From contig DASWBA010000135.1 in assembly GCA_036390825.1 (NCBI GenBank), positions 17,783 to 81,782 on the forward strand: a stretch of 64,000 nucleotides of DNA, read 5' to 3'. Below the pieces are notes generated by a model. That model was given only the letters and a program-made list of their open reading frames with translations. It was not told the DNA's origin and searched no databases. This document shows, piece after piece, positions 41,908 to 52,880 of this stretch (positions are counted from its first letter, which is position 1; the number at the start of each line of letters is the position of its first letter). The DNA is from Candidatus Dormiibacterota bacterium (lineage in GTDB: Bacteria; Chloroflexota; Dormibacteria; CF-121). Both the position numbers and the translations under genes were made by a program.

Positions 41908-43191
41908 GTGCAGCGCCTCCTCTATGCATCGGCCAACGGGCGGGTTCGCGTGCACCGCTCGCTCGAGCCGGCGACGCGAAGTGGTTGGGAGATCGGTGCG
42001 CCCGATCGGCTGATTCCGCTGCCCGCCGGGACCACGCTCATGCACCTGCCGGGCCGGTTCGCCCTGGGACGGACGGCTGCCGGCTCGATGGCGCGCGTCG
42101 AGGAGGAGGGTGCGGTGGCGGTCGCCGCGGTCCTGCCGCCGGGGTACCTTCGGACCTGGCTGCCCGCCTACGAGGATGACGGCCGGCCCCCGGTGCTGCC
42201 GCTCTTTGGATACGCGGCGGTCGCCGCGATCGATGGCAAACCCCACGTCGCCGCCATGCGGACCGATCGCTGGGGCGCGTGGGACCCACAGGCCGAGGAC
42301 CGGCAGCACGTCGAGCGGGGGATTCGCGATGGGCAGCGGGCGCTCCCTGAGAGCCGGTTGCTCCGCCACCTCGAGACCTGCGCCACCGACTATCGGTGCC
42401 TGACCGCCCAGAACGTGTTCCTGCGCCGGGGTGAAGGGGCGATCCCGGTCTCGCCGGCTTGCAATGCGGCCTGCCTGGGGTGCATCTCCGAGCAGTGGGG
42501 CGATGTGGCCTCACCCCAAACGCGGCTTGGTTTCGCCCCCACCGCCGCCGAAATCGCGGAGCTCGGCGCCTGGCATCTGAGCGCGGCCAGCGCGAACTTC
42601 GTCAGCTTCGGCCAGGGGTGTGAGGGTGAGCCCTTGACGCGCGGCGCCGCGCTGGTGGACGCCACGCGCCGCATCCGGTCGGCCTGGCCGCAGGCCACCA
42701 TCCACATCAATACCAATGGGTCTCGTCCCGCGGTGCTGCGCCGCCTGGTCGATGCCGGGTTGAATTCGGTCCGGATCAGCATCTTCAGCCTCGATGACAC
42801 GCGATTCCGGGCCTACTACCGGCCGGTTGGTTACGGCCTGGAGCAGGTTGCGCAGTGCGCGGAGGTGGTGGCCGCGGCCGGCGGCCAGGTCACGATCAAC
42901 CTCTTGACCTTCCCCGGGATCAGCGACGCGCCGCCGGAGCTCGAGGCGCTGGTCGCCTTCGTCCAGGAGCATGGCGTCCACCAGGTGCAGCTGCGCAGCC
43001 TGAACGTCGATCCACACTGGCTGCTGGGGCAGATCCCGGATCCGACGCGCGGCATCGGCATGCGGGCCTTTGTCCGTGAACTGACGGCGCGTTGCCCGGG
43101 CTTGTCGCTCGGGAATTTCACCCGGCCGTGGCGGGTTCGGGAGGGTGGGGGCCGGTTAAAACCTGCCCCGGCTGGGCATGCTTTGAGCTAA
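41908..43191 (+). CDS. Radical SAM protein with an uncharacterised ~210-aa N-terminal domain
   Basis: CNAACLGC (CX3CX2C) at about residue 224 starts a C-terminal radical SAM core; the N-terminal domain has no recognised motif. Stop overlaps the M50 protease start (ATGA). Confidence 0.65.
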   Translation: MQRLLYASANGRVRVHRSLEPATRSGWEIGAPDRLIPLPAGTTLMHLPGRFALGRTAAGSMARVEEEGAVAVAAVLPPGYLRTWLPAYEDDGRPPVLPLFGYAAVAAIDGKPHVAAMRTDRWGAWDPQAEDRQHVERGIRDGQRALPESRLLRHLETCATDYRCLTAQNVFLRRGEGAIPVSPACNAACLGCISEQWGDVASPQTRLGFAPTAAEIAELGAWHLSAASANFVSFGQGCEGEPLTRGAALVDATRRIRSAWPQATIHINTNGSRPAVLRRLVDAGLNSVRISIFSLDDTRFRAYYRPVGYGLEQVAQCAEVVAAAGGQVTINLLTFPGISDAPPELEALVAFVQEHGVHQVQLRSLNVDPHWLLGQIPDPTRGIGMRAFVRELTARCPGLSLGNFTRPWRVREGGGRLKPAPAGHALS

Positions 43192-44081
43192 TGGCTAACC
43201 TCTATTCGCCGAACGATCCCCACATGGGTACCGCAGACTACGGACACGGTACCGACCGGCCGGTGCAGGCCGACATCCCGGCGCAGCCCGACAGCAACCG
43301 CGGCCGCCGGAGTGGGTTGGCGGCGGGCATCCTGGCATTCCTTGGACTCGTGCTCAGCAAGCTGTCCTACGTTGGCCTGCTGCTCCTCAAGTTCAAGGGC
43401 CTGTGGTTTACCGTTGTCTCGACCGGAGTGACCGCGCTGATCTATGCCCAGCTCTTCGGTTGGGCCTTCGGCGTCGGGATCGTCCTCCTCATCCTGATCC
43501 ATGAAAGCGGTCACGTCGTGGTCGCCCGCATCATGGGGTTGCCGGTGACCCTTCCGGTGATGATCCCGTTCCTCGGCGCCTTCGTCAGCATGAAGCAACA
43601 GCCGCGCAGCGTCGCCCAGGAGTCCATCATGGCGATCGGCGGTCCCGTGCTTGGGTCGATCGCGGCGGGTCTCTGCTACCTCGGCTACCTATCCATACCG
43701 GACTCCAGCACCGGTCAGCTGCTCCGAGCGCTGGCCTACTTCGGCTTCCTGATCAACCTCTTCAACCTGATCCCGCTGACGCCGCTCGACGGTGGCCGCG
43801 TGACGTCGCTGCTATCGAAGTGGTTCAACGTGGCGGGCCTGGCCATCGCAGCGGCCCTGCTGCTCTTCGAAACGCAGTCTGGGACCAGCGTAAGCCCGGT
43901 TCTCTTCCTCGTCTTGATCTTCGGGGCCTTCGCCACCTGGCAGCGATTTCGGTCGACTCAGCTCAACCCGGCGTATTACGCGGTCGACGCCCAGACCAAG
44001 GTGGTCGTCGGATCGCTTTACCTTGCGTTACTGCTCGCCCTCGGGCTGGGGATGCTCCAGACCGCGGCGATCTTGAGATAA
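43191..44081 (+). CDS. Site-2 protease family (M50) zinc metalloprotease
   Basis: Multi-TM. HESGH (HExxH) in TM3 and the [12 protein letters not shown] (LDG) motif; start at internal ATG MANLYSP... of tracker ORF 43092. Confidence 0.7.
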   Translation: MANLYSPNDPHMGTADYGHGTDRPVQADIPAQPDSNRGRRSGLAAGILAFLGLVLSKLSYVGLLLLKFKGLWFTVVSTGVTALIYAQLFGWAFGVGIVLLILIHESGHVVVARIMGLPVTLPVMIPFLGAFVSMKQQPRSVAQESIMAIGGPVLGSIAAGLCYLGYLSIPDSSTGQLLRALAYFGFLINLFNLIPLTPLDGGRVTSLLSKWFNVAGLAIAAALLLFETQSGTSVSPVLFLVLIFGAFATWQRFRSTQLNPAYYAVDAQTKVVVGSLYLALLLALGLGMLQTAAILR

Positions 44082-44094
44082 GATAGGGGCCCCA

Positions 44095-44301
44095 ATGAAA
44101 GCCACCATCCATCCCACCTACTACCACGACGCGGTCGTGACCTGCCTCTGCGGCAACAAATTCACGACCGGCTCGACGCAAAAAGAGCTCAAGACCGAGG
44201 TCTGCTCGGTATGCCACCCCTTCTTCAGCGGCCAGCAACGCATCGTCGATACCCAGGGCCGCGTCGACCGGTTCCAGCAGCGCCAGCAGCGGAAGAGATA
44301 A
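44095..44301 (+). CDS. rpmE: 50S ribosomal protein L31
   Basis: 68 aa. MKATIHP...C.C...C.VCHPFFSG zinc-ribbon L31 signature. Confidence 0.92.
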   Translation: MKATIHPTYYHDAVVTCLCGNKFTTGSTQKELKTEVCSVCHPFFSGQQRIVDTQGRVDRFQQRQQRKR

Positions 44302-44315
44302 GCCGCGCTCTCGTT

Positions 44316-44331
44316 GGGCCCTGTATGGCCC
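44316..44331 (+). terminator. Hairpin GGGCCctgtatGGCCC after rpmE
   Basis: 5-bp GC stem with a 6-nt loop, 15 nt after the rpmE stop; no U-tract (common in high-GC genomes). Confidence 0.35.
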
Positions 44332-44353
44332 ACCGGATCGCGCAGGGACTAGC

Positions 44354-45247
44354 ATGAGCGCGGCTGTGAGCCAGGACAAGTTCTTCTACGGCGGCCAGGC
44401 CGTGCTCGAGGGCGTCATGATGCGCGGCCGGACGACCTATGCGGTCGCGGTGCGCAAACCGGATGGCGAGATCCAGGTCCTGCGCGAGCGCTTGCTCTCC
44501 ATCATGTACACCCACCCGGTCTGGAAGCTGCCGCTGCTGCGCGGCCTCGCCGGACTCTGGGAACAGCTCCACCTGGGCATGAAGGCGTTGATGTGGTCGG
44601 CAAACATCCAGGCGGCCGCCGAGCAGGTGGAGCTGAGCGCGAACGCCATCCGGGTCACCATGGGGATCGCGATCGTGGGCGCGTTGCTCTTTTTCCTGGG
44701 CGTGCCGCTGCTGGCCGCTGGATTCCTGAGTCGGGGCCATAGCAACCTCTTCTTTGGGATCGTGGATGGTGTGGTGCGGATCGCGCTGCTGCTGCTCTAC
44801 CTCTATGCGATCTCCTTCAAGGCAGAAATCGCTCGCCTCTTCGCCTACCACGGGGCCGAGCACAAAACGATTAATGCGTACGAGGCCGGGTTGCCGCTCG
44901 ACGTACCGAACGTGCGGACCCAGAGCACGCTTCACCCGCGCTGCGGCACCGGGTTCTTGCTGGCGGTCATGGTGGTGAGCGCCTTCGTCTTTGGCCTGGT
45001 TGGCCGACCGGCCCTGCCGCTGTTACTGCTCTCGCGGATCGTGCTGATCCCGGTGATCGCCATGTTGGCCTACGAGTTCATTCGGTTTGCCGGCCGGCAC
45101 CGGAACAATCCGGTGATCAAGGTGCTCATCCTTCCCTTTCTGCTGACGCAGAAGCTGACGACTCGGGAGCCGGACGACCGGCAGATCGAGGTGGCGCTGG
45201 CGGCCTTCAACGGTGCCCGTCAGGAGGAGAAAGAGGCCGCGGCCTGA
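44354..45247 (+). CDS. DUF1385 (YqhQ-like) membrane protein
   Basis: 297 aa. KFFYGGQAVLEGVMMRG N-terminus typical of DUF1385; conserved position between rpmE and prfA. Confidence 0.7.
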   Translation: MSAAVSQDKFFYGGQAVLEGVMMRGRTTYAVAVRKPDGEIQVLRERLLSIMYTHPVWKLPLLRGLAGLWEQLHLGMKALMWSANIQAAAEQVELSANAIRVTMGIAIVGALLFFLGVPLLAAGFLSRGHSNLFFGIVDGVVRIALLLLYLYAISFKAEIARLFAYHGAEHKTINAYEAGLPLDVPNVRTQSTLHPRCGTGFLLAVMVVSAFVFGLVGRPALPLLLLSRIVLIPVIAMLAYEFIRFAGRHRNNPVIKVLILPFLLTQKLTTREPDDRQIEVALAAFNGARQEEKEAAA

Positions 45248-46347
45248 TGTTCGAACAGCTCGAAGCCGTTCGGGCCCGGTACTACGCGATCACCGAGCGG
45301 TTGGCCGATCCCGCGGTTCACGCCGACCTCAAAGAGCTCCAGCGGCTCAGTAAAGAGCAGGCGCAACTTCGCGACCTGGTCCAACTCTACGAGACCTATC
45401 GTCGTGCCGAGCGCGGCATGATCGAGGCCCGTGAACTGGCGGAGCAAGAGCGGGATCCCGAGATGCAGGCCTATGCCCGGCAGGAATTCGACAAACAACA
45501 GGCGGAACGCGATCGGCTCGAAGGCGAGCTCAAGATCGCGCTGGTGCCCAAGGATCCAACCGACGACAAGGACGTCATCGTCGAGATTCGCCAGGGAACC
45601 GGTGGGGATGAGGCGGGATTGTTTGCCGCCGACCTCTTCAAGATGTACAGCCGCTATGCCGAGTCGCGGCGGTGGAAGGTCGATCTGCTTTCCGAGAGCC
45701 CAACCGAACGTGGCGGCTTCAAAGAGGTGGTCTTCGAGATTCGTGGCCGCGGCGCCTACTCGCGCCTGAAATTCGAGAACGGGGTGCACCGCGTACAGCG
45801 CGTACCGGAGACGGAGGCCCAGGGTCGCATTCATACCTCGACCGCCACCGTGGTGGTGCTTCCCGAGGCCGAAGAGGTCGATGTGGCGATCAACCCGGAG
45901 CGGCTCAAGGTCGATGTCTATCGCTCCGGCGGCCACGGTGGGCAGAGCGTCAACACGACGGACTCGGCGGTCCGCCTGACCTACACGCCGGAGGATGGCT
46001 CTCCACCGATCGTCGTCACCTGCCAGGACGAGCGCTCGCAGCTCAAGAACAAGGCGAAGGCGGAGAAGGTGCTGCTGGCCCGCTTGCTCGACCGTCAAAT
46101 GTCGCAGCAGCATGCGGCGCTCACCGAGGTGCGGCGCTCCGCGGTCGGCTCGGGCGATCGCAGCGAAAAGGTCCGCACCTATAACTATCCGGAGGGCCGG
46201 ATCACCGACCACCGTATCGACTTCAAGTACTACAAGCTGCCCCAGTTCGTCGAGGCGGGCGACCTGGACCCGGTCATCGATCGCTTGATCGCCTGGGACC
46301 AGAGCAACCGCCTGAGCGAGCCGCCCAATGGCGCCTCGCGCAACTGA
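45247..46347 (+). CDS. prfA: Peptide chain release factor 1
   Basis: 366 aa. PxT-type recognition region and GGQ motif (SGGHGGQSVN). Confidence 0.95.
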   Translation: MFEQLEAVRARYYAITERLADPAVHADLKELQRLSKEQAQLRDLVQLYETYRRAERGMIEARELAEQERDPEMQAYARQEFDKQQAERDRLEGELKIALVPKDPTDDKDVIVEIRQGTGGDEAGLFAADLFKMYSRYAESRRWKVDLLSESPTERGGFKEVVFEIRGRGAYSRLKFENGVHRVQRVPETEAQGRIHTSTATVVVLPEAEEVDVAINPERLKVDVYRSGGHGGQSVNTTDSAVRLTYTPEDGSPPIVVTCQDERSQLKNKAKAEKVLLARLLDRQMSQQHAALTEVRRSAVGSGDRSEKVRTYNYPEGRITDHRIDFKYYKLPQFVEAGDLDPVIDRLIAWDQSNRLSEPPNGASRN

Positions 46348-47191
46348 CGGCGGCCGGGTCAAGGCGCAGCTCGCCAAGGCACGAGCGACCCTTACGACGG
46401 CCGGGATCCCGTTGCCGTGGCTCGATGCCGAGATTCTTCTCGCGCACGTCATCAAGAGTTCGCGCGAGCGGCTTCACAGCCACCCCGACCGAGAACTGAC
46501 GCCGGCACAACGAACCCGGCTGCGGCGGTTGACCACTCGCCGAGCCGCGCGCGTTCCGGTGCCCTACCTGGTCGGCGAGCGCGAGTTCTTCGGCCACATG
46601 TTCCGTGTGACCCCGGCGGTCTTGATTCCGCGGCCGTCGAGCGAACTGCTCGTCGAGCTGGCGATCGACTGGCTGAAGGTCCATCCCAACGCCCAGCGAG
46701 TGATCGACCTCGGCACCGGCAGCGGCGCGGTGGCCGTTTCGGTGGCCAAGGCAATTCCTCGGGTTCGGATCGAGGCACGGGATGTCAGCGCCCGAGCGCT
46801 GCGGGTGGCGGCCGACAATATCGCCCGGCACCGACTCCGTCGCCGGATCACGACCGTCAAGGCCGACTTGCTGCGCGCCGCCAAACCCGCCGACCTGATT
46901 CTCGCCAACCTGCCGTACATCCCCGACGCGCTGCGGAGGATTCGGCCGAGGGAGCTCGATTATGAACCAAGCCTTGCCCTCGACGGCGGCAAGGATGGGC
47001 TGGATCTGATTCGGACCGCGCTGGCACAGGCGCCAACGGCGCTGAACCCCGGGGGCCTCGTGCTCTTCGAATGCGACCCGGCGCAAGCACGCCGCATCGT
47101 TCGGCTGGCGCAGGCGCAGTGGCCGTGGGCCGAGGTCAGCGTGCACAAGGACCTCGCCGGACTCAACCGCGTGGTACGCATCCAGACGTGA
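46328..47191 (+). CDS. prmC: Release factor glutamine N5-methyltransferase (HemK/PrmC)
   Basis: 287 aa. SAM-binding DLGTGSG and NLPY(IP) motif; overlaps the prfA end. Confidence 0.85.
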   Translation: MAPRATDGGRVKAQLAKARATLTTAGIPLPWLDAEILLAHVIKSSRERLHSHPDRELTPAQRTRLRRLTTRRAARVPVPYLVGEREFFGHMFRVTPAVLIPRPSSELLVELAIDWLKVHPNAQRVIDLGTGSGAVAVSVAKAIPRVRIEARDVSARALRVAADNIARHRLRRRITTVKADLLRAAKPADLILANLPYIPDALRRIRPRELDYEPSLALDGGKDGLDLIRTALAQAPTALNPGGLVLFECDPAQARRIVRLAQAQWPWAEVSVHKDLAGLNRVVRIQT

Positions 47192-47811
47192 CGGCGCGCT
47201 GGCCGGCGGATCCATCGCACATCGTCCAGGCCGGGGAGCAGCTTCGCGGCGGCGCCGTGATTGCCTTCCCAACCGACACGCTGTACGCCGTCGCCGCGCG
47301 CGCCGCGGACCCGGCGGCGGTTGCTCGCCTCTACGAGGCCAAGGACCGCCCCTCGGCGCAGCCGATGGTCTGGCTGGTCCTGGATCAGGCCCAGGTCGAA
47401 CGCTTCGCCGTCGTCTCCGCCGCGGCCGCCGAGCTGATGGCGCGCTTCTGGCCCGGCCCGCTGACGCTCGTCCTGCCGGCTCGTATCCCAACCGAGGGTC
47501 CGACGATTGCCGTGCGTGCGCCGAACCACGAGGTGGCGCTCGCGCTGCTGAGGTCGCTGGGCGAACCGATCGCGAGCAGCAGTGCCAACCGGGCGGGAGC
47601 GCCGCCGCCGGTCGATGCCGACCAGGTGATTGCGGGTCTGGGCGACCGCATCGATCTCGTGCTCGACGGTGGGCCATCTGCCATCGGTCGGCCGTCGACC
47701 ATCCTCGACCTGAGCGGCGCAATCCCTCGCATCCTGCGCCAGGGCGCGATCCCGGCGTCCGAGCTAATCTCCCCCTCCCCCTCCGGGGGAGGGCAGGGTG
47801 GGGGCGGCTGA
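47188..47811 (+). CDS. tsaC: L-threonylcarbamoyladenylate synthase (TsaC/YrdC/Sua5 family) with an element-derived C-terminal tail
   Basis: GTG start overlapping the prmC TGA (GTGA). YrdC-domain motifs (AFPTDTLYAVA, SSSANRAG). The last 16 codons (ELISPSPSGGGQGGGG plus stop) are encoded by REP-like element copy B. Confidence 0.8.
   Translation: MTARWPADPSHIVQAGEQLRGGAVIAFPTDTLYAVAARAADPAAVARLYEAKDRPSAQPMVWLVLDQAQVERFAVVSAAAAELMARFWPGPLTLVLPARIPTEGPTIAVRAPNHEVALALLRSLGEPIASSSANRAGAPPPVDADQVIAGLGDRIDLVLDGGPSAIGRPSTILDLSGAIPRILRQGAIPASELISPSPSGGGQGGGG
47768..47808 (+). repeat. REP-like palindromic element, copy B (plus orientation), embedded in the tsaC 3' end
   Basis: TCTCCCCCTCCCCCTCCGGGGGAGGGCAGGGTGGGGGCGGC: the same family as copies A, C and D; it supplies the tsaC C-terminal tail and stop. 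Confidence 0.7.
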
Positions 47812-47829
47812 TTTCGCCATAATGAGCCG

Positions 47830-49089
47830 GTGCTGCAGGCCCGTACCGACCTCACCAGCCGGATCGACCTGGTCGATCCCGAGGTCGGTGCCGCGATCCG
47901 CGATGAGTTCGAGCGTCAGCAGTACACGCTCGAGCTGATCCCATCCGAGAACATCGCCAGCCCGGCCGTCTTGCAGGCGCTCGGCTCCTTGCTCAACAAC
48001 AAATATGCCGAGGGCTATCCGGGCAAGCGCTACTACGGCGGCACCCAGATCGTCGACCGCATCGAGACGCTCGCTATCGAGCGGGCGAAGGCGCTCTTCG
48101 GCGCCGAGCATGCCAATGTGCAATCGCACTGCGGCACGACGGCGAACTACGCCGTCTACGCGGCCGTGCTCAACGTCGGCGACACCGTCATGGGGATGGA
48201 CCTCAGCCAGGGCGGACACCTGAGCCACGGCAGCCCGGTGAACTTCTCCGGCAAGCTCTATCACTTCGTCCCGTATGGCGTCGACTCGGTCACGGAGCGA
48301 ATCGATTACGACGTCCTGGAGCGCCAGGCGAAGGAGGTCCGGCCGAAAATGTTGCTCGCCGGCTACAGCGCCTACCCCCGCCTCCTCGATTTCGAGCGGC
48401 TGGCCGCGATTGCCCGTTCGATCGACGCCTATTTCTTCGTCGATATGGCGCACTTCGCCGGCCTGGTTGCCGGTGGCGCCCATCCCAGTCCCGTCCCCTA
48501 TGCGGACTTCGTGACCTTTACCACGCACAAGACGATGCGAGGACCGTGGGGCGCGATGATCTTGTGCAAGGCGAAGTACGCGGCCGAGGTCGACAAGAGT
48601 GTCTTCCCCGGAAGCCAGGGCGGACCACTCAATCACGCCATCGCGGGCAAGGCCGTGATGCTGGCGCAATGGAAAACCCCGGAGTTCAAGTCCTACGCGC
48701 AGGCGGTGGTCAACAACGCGCGGGTTCTCGCCGAGGGGCTGACCAGGCGCAAGCTCCGTCTCGTCAGCGGTGGGACTGACAACCACCTGATGCTGGTCGA
48801 CCTGCGGCCACTGAACCTCACCGGGAAGAAAGTCCAGGACACCTTCGATACGGTCGGCATCACGGTGAACCGCAACTCGATCCCCTTCGACACCGCGAGC
48901 AAGTTCAACCCGAGCGGCATCCGGCTGGGATCACCGTCGGTGACGACCCGCGGTATGGGCCCGCAAGAGATGACACAGATCGCCGAGATGGTCGCCGAGA
49001 TGCTGTTCAACCTCGAGGACCGGACCGTGCATGAGCAGGTGCGCGCCCGCAGCCGGGCGCTGTGCGAACGATTTCCACTGCCCTACTAG
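47830..49089 (+). CDS. glyA: Serine hydroxymethyltransferase
   Basis: 419 aa. PLP-binding TTHKTMRGPWG lysine motif and full-length SHMT similarity. Confidence 0.96.
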   Translation: MLQARTDLTSRIDLVDPEVGAAIRDEFERQQYTLELIPSENIASPAVLQALGSLLNNKYAEGYPGKRYYGGTQIVDRIETLAIERAKALFGAEHANVQSHCGTTANYAVYAAVLNVGDTVMGMDLSQGGHLSHGSPVNFSGKLYHFVPYGVDSVTERIDYDVLERQAKEVRPKMLLAGYSAYPRLLDFERLAAIARSIDAYFFVDMAHFAGLVAGGAHPSPVPYADFVTFTTHKTMRGPWGAMILCKAKYAAEVDKSVFPGSQGGPLNHAIAGKAVMLAQWKTPEFKSYAQAVVNNARVLAEGLTRRKLRLVSGGTDNHLMLVDLRPLNLTGKKVQDTFDTVGITVNRNSIPFDTASKFNPSGIRLGSPSVTTRGMGPQEMTQIAEMVAEMLFNLEDRTVHEQVRARSRALCERFPLPY

Positions 49090-50156
49090 CCGGCACCAGC
49101 GTCTTCAGCGACCCGACCTTCTGGTCTGATTTCTCACCCGCGCGCTTTGGCCCGGCGGTGGTGCCCTTTCTCGCGGCGCTGGTCTGCACCGCCATCGTCA
49201 TCCTCCCCGTTCGATGGCTCGCCTTCCGCCTCGGTGCCGTCGCCAAGCCCGGCGACCGCTTCATCCATCAGCACCCGACGGCTCGCCTTGGCGGGCTGGC
49301 GATGTACCTCGGATTCGGGTTAGCCGCGGCCCTGTTTTCGACCGAACCGACCACCCTCGGCCTACTCCTCTCCGCGGGGATCATCACCACGCTCATGGTC
49401 TTTGACGACATCGGGGGCGTCCGGCCGCTCTACAAGCTGGGCTTCCAGGTGGCCGCCTCGCTGATCGCGATCGTCGGCTTCGGCATTGCCATTCGTTTCA
49501 TCGGACTACCCGGAGGCGCCATTACCCTGGCGCCTCTCGTGTCCGTCGTGCTGACCCTTGTCTGGTTCGTCAGCTTGCAGAACACCATCAACTTCCTGGA
49601 TGGGGTCGACGGCCTGGCGGCAGGCGTGGTCGCGATCGTGGCGGCGACGCTGCTGCTGGCCGCCATCAATCGGAGCGAGACCGGCATCGTCATCCTTGCT
49701 GGCGCCTTGATCGGCGCCTGCATCGGATTTCTGCTCTTCAACTGGCATCCGGCTCGGATCTTCATGGGCGACAGCGGCAGCAACTTCCTCGGCTTCACCC
49801 TGGCCGCCCTCTCCGTACTCTCGGTCGCGAAGGGCACCGTCGTGCTGGCCTTGATCGTGCCGGTGGCCGCGCTCGCCATCCCGATTGTCGATACCGCCTG
49901 GGCGATCGTACGACGGCGGTTGCGTGGAACCTCGATCGCCACCCCGGATACCGAGCACCTGCATCACCGGCTGCTCGATTTTGGCTTGAGCCCGCGCGAG
50001 ACCGTCCTTGTCTTCTACTTCGGCACGGCCATTTTCGCCGCGGTCGGCCTGGCCATCTACGGCCATAAAAAAGTCCTGCTCGGCGCCATCCTCCTGATGC
50101 TGCTCGGGATCGCCATCATCGTCACCCGGCGGTTGCGGCGAACCCGTCGGGGTTGA
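49062..50156 (+). CDS. wecA: UDP-GlcNAc:undecaprenyl-phosphate GlcNAc-1-phosphate transferase (WecA/TagO-like, MraY superfamily)
   Basis: About 10 TMs. VFDDIGG and NFLDGVDGLAAG motifs of polyprenyl-phosphate N-acetylhexosamine-1-P transferases; it sits immediately upstream of the atp operon, as M. tuberculosis rfe does. The start may be internal because the tracker start overlaps glyA by 28 nt. Confidence 0.8.
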   Translation: MRTISTALLAGTSVFSDPTFWSDFSPARFGPAVVPFLAALVCTAIVILPVRWLAFRLGAVAKPGDRFIHQHPTARLGGLAMYLGFGLAAALFSTEPTTLGLLLSAGIITTLMVFDDIGGVRPLYKLGFQVAASLIAIVGFGIAIRFIGLPGGAITLAPLVSVVLTLVWFVSLQNTINFLDGVDGLAAGVVAIVAATLLLAAINRSETGIVILAGALIGACIGFLLFNWHPARIFMGDSGSNFLGFTLAALSVLSVAKGTVVLALIVPVAALAIPIVDTAWAIVRRRLRGTSIATPDTEHLHHRLLDFGLSPRETVLVFYFGTAIFAAVGLAIYGHKKVLLGAILLMLLGIAIIVTRRLRRTRRG

Positions 50157-50240
50157 GGCCGCTTCGGGTGGCCGCCCGATGGCGGCGTCAATTCAGCGCC
50201 TGATAAACTTGGCTCGGTTGAGGCCTAATTCTGGGAGGCA

Positions 50241-50480
50241 GTGATGGCCCCGACGGAAAAGCGCAAGGACCCCAGTATGCTGGCGGCCTTGGGCCTCGCG
50301 TCCGGCATCGGCCTCCAGCTCGCCGCCTCGGTGTTGGTTGGGTTGGGTCTCGGCTACCTCGCCGACCGGGCCTTACACACGTCGCCCTGGTTCCTGCTGG
50401 CGGGGTTGCTGCTCGGGGTTCTGGCCGGGGGCTATAGCGTCGTGCGAATGGTGATGAAGGAGATGCGCCGAAGTGAGTGA
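50241..50480 (+). CDS. atpZ: AtpZ/AtpI-family small membrane protein (ATP synthase operon gene 1)
   Basis: 79 aa, two TMs; PF09527-like and first gene of the atp operon. Confidence 0.5.
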   Translation: MMAPTEKRKDPSMLAALGLASGIGLQLAASVLVGLGLGYLADRALHTSPWFLLAGLLLGVLAGGYSVVRMVMKEMRRSE

Positions 50481-50846
50481 CCTGCGCCGGTTCGAGGTGA
50501 CAGCGTCGCTTGTCCTGGTTGCTCTCCTGCTGGTGGTCGCAGGCGGGCTCATCGTCGCTGGTCACCCCCGCGCCGTCGCAGGCCTCGTCGCGGGCGGCCT
50601 GCTCGGCCTCGCCAACATGGTCTGGATGGTGGGAACCGCCAAACGGTTCGTTGGATTGACCCCGACCGCACGAATGCTGCAGCTGGCGGCCGCCATCCGG
50701 TTTCTCACCATCGCGGTCTTGCTCGGCGTCGTGCTCATCATCAGTCGCGTCGATCCGGTCGGCGCCGTCATCGGCTACGGCTGCTTCCCGATTGCGGCCG
50801 CGGTTGCCGGCTGGCGCATCCTGCGCGACCAGCCGCGGGTCACCGC

Positions 50847-50850
<4 letters not shown>
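50473..50850 (+). CDS. atpI: ATP synthase protein I-like membrane protein
   Basis: 125 aa, four hydrophobic segments, overlapping atpZ and atpB ends in the typical operon position. Confidence 0.5.
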
Positions 50851-52330
<1,480 letters not shown>

Positions 52331-52338
<8 letters not shown>

Positions 52339-52864
52339 GGCGAGCAATGTCGCGCGTCGCTATGCGTCCGGTATCTTTCAGCTGGCGCAGGAGGAGAACA
52401 CGATCGATACCTGGCGCGCCGAGCTGACCAAGCTGGACGAGTTGCTCCAGGACGACGTCCTGGTCGCCGCCTTTCAAAATCCAGCGGTCGGCGTCAAGCG
52501 ACGGATGGAGCTGGCGAAGCTGCTCGCTCCAGAACTGCGGCCCGAGACCGAAAACCTCCTTCGCTTGTTGGTCGAGCACCATCGCACCCGGTACATGCAC
52601 GAAATCCTAGAGGCGTTCGAACGACTGGCCGACGAGGCATCGGGCATCGTGCATGCCAGCGTCACGACCGCGATTGACCTCGGCAAAGACGATCGCGAGC
52701 GCTACGAGCAGGCACTGGCGCGCAAGCTGGGCCGCAAGGTCAACGTGAGGTTCACGACCGATCCGGCCGTTGTCGGGGGCGCGACGATCCAGATCGGGGA
52801 CCACCTTATCGACGGCACCGTACGAACGCAACTCGCGCGGTTGCGGCAGGAATTATTGAGCTAA
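52331..52864 (+). CDS. atpH: F0F1 ATP synthase subunit delta
   Basis: 177-aa OSCP/delta family protein in the canonical position. Confidence 0.85.
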
Positions 52865-52880
52865 AGGGTAAGGAACAGCA

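Noticed and set aside
43130-43175. Possible fifth copy of the REP-like element at the radical SAM 3' end (GGGAGGGTGGGGGCCGG)
   Set aside because: Only the GGGAGGGTGGGGG half is present, with no complementary CCCTCCCC arm to form the hairpin; the resemblance probably reflects glycine/arginine codons in GC-rich coding sequence.
41908-43191. Interpreting radical SAM + M50 + M23 as a RiPP biosynthetic cluster
   Set aside because: No SPASM/twitch cysteine cluster, no candidate precursor-peptide ORF and no transporter are present; the evidence is insufficient, so it is reported only as an uncharacterised conserved pairing.
49062-49089. 28-nt overlap between glyA and the wecA-like gene as a programmed frameshift or fusion
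   Set aside because: More simply explained by the tracker choosing the most upstream TTG/GTG; an internal start a few codons downstream would give an ordinary short overlap or gap.
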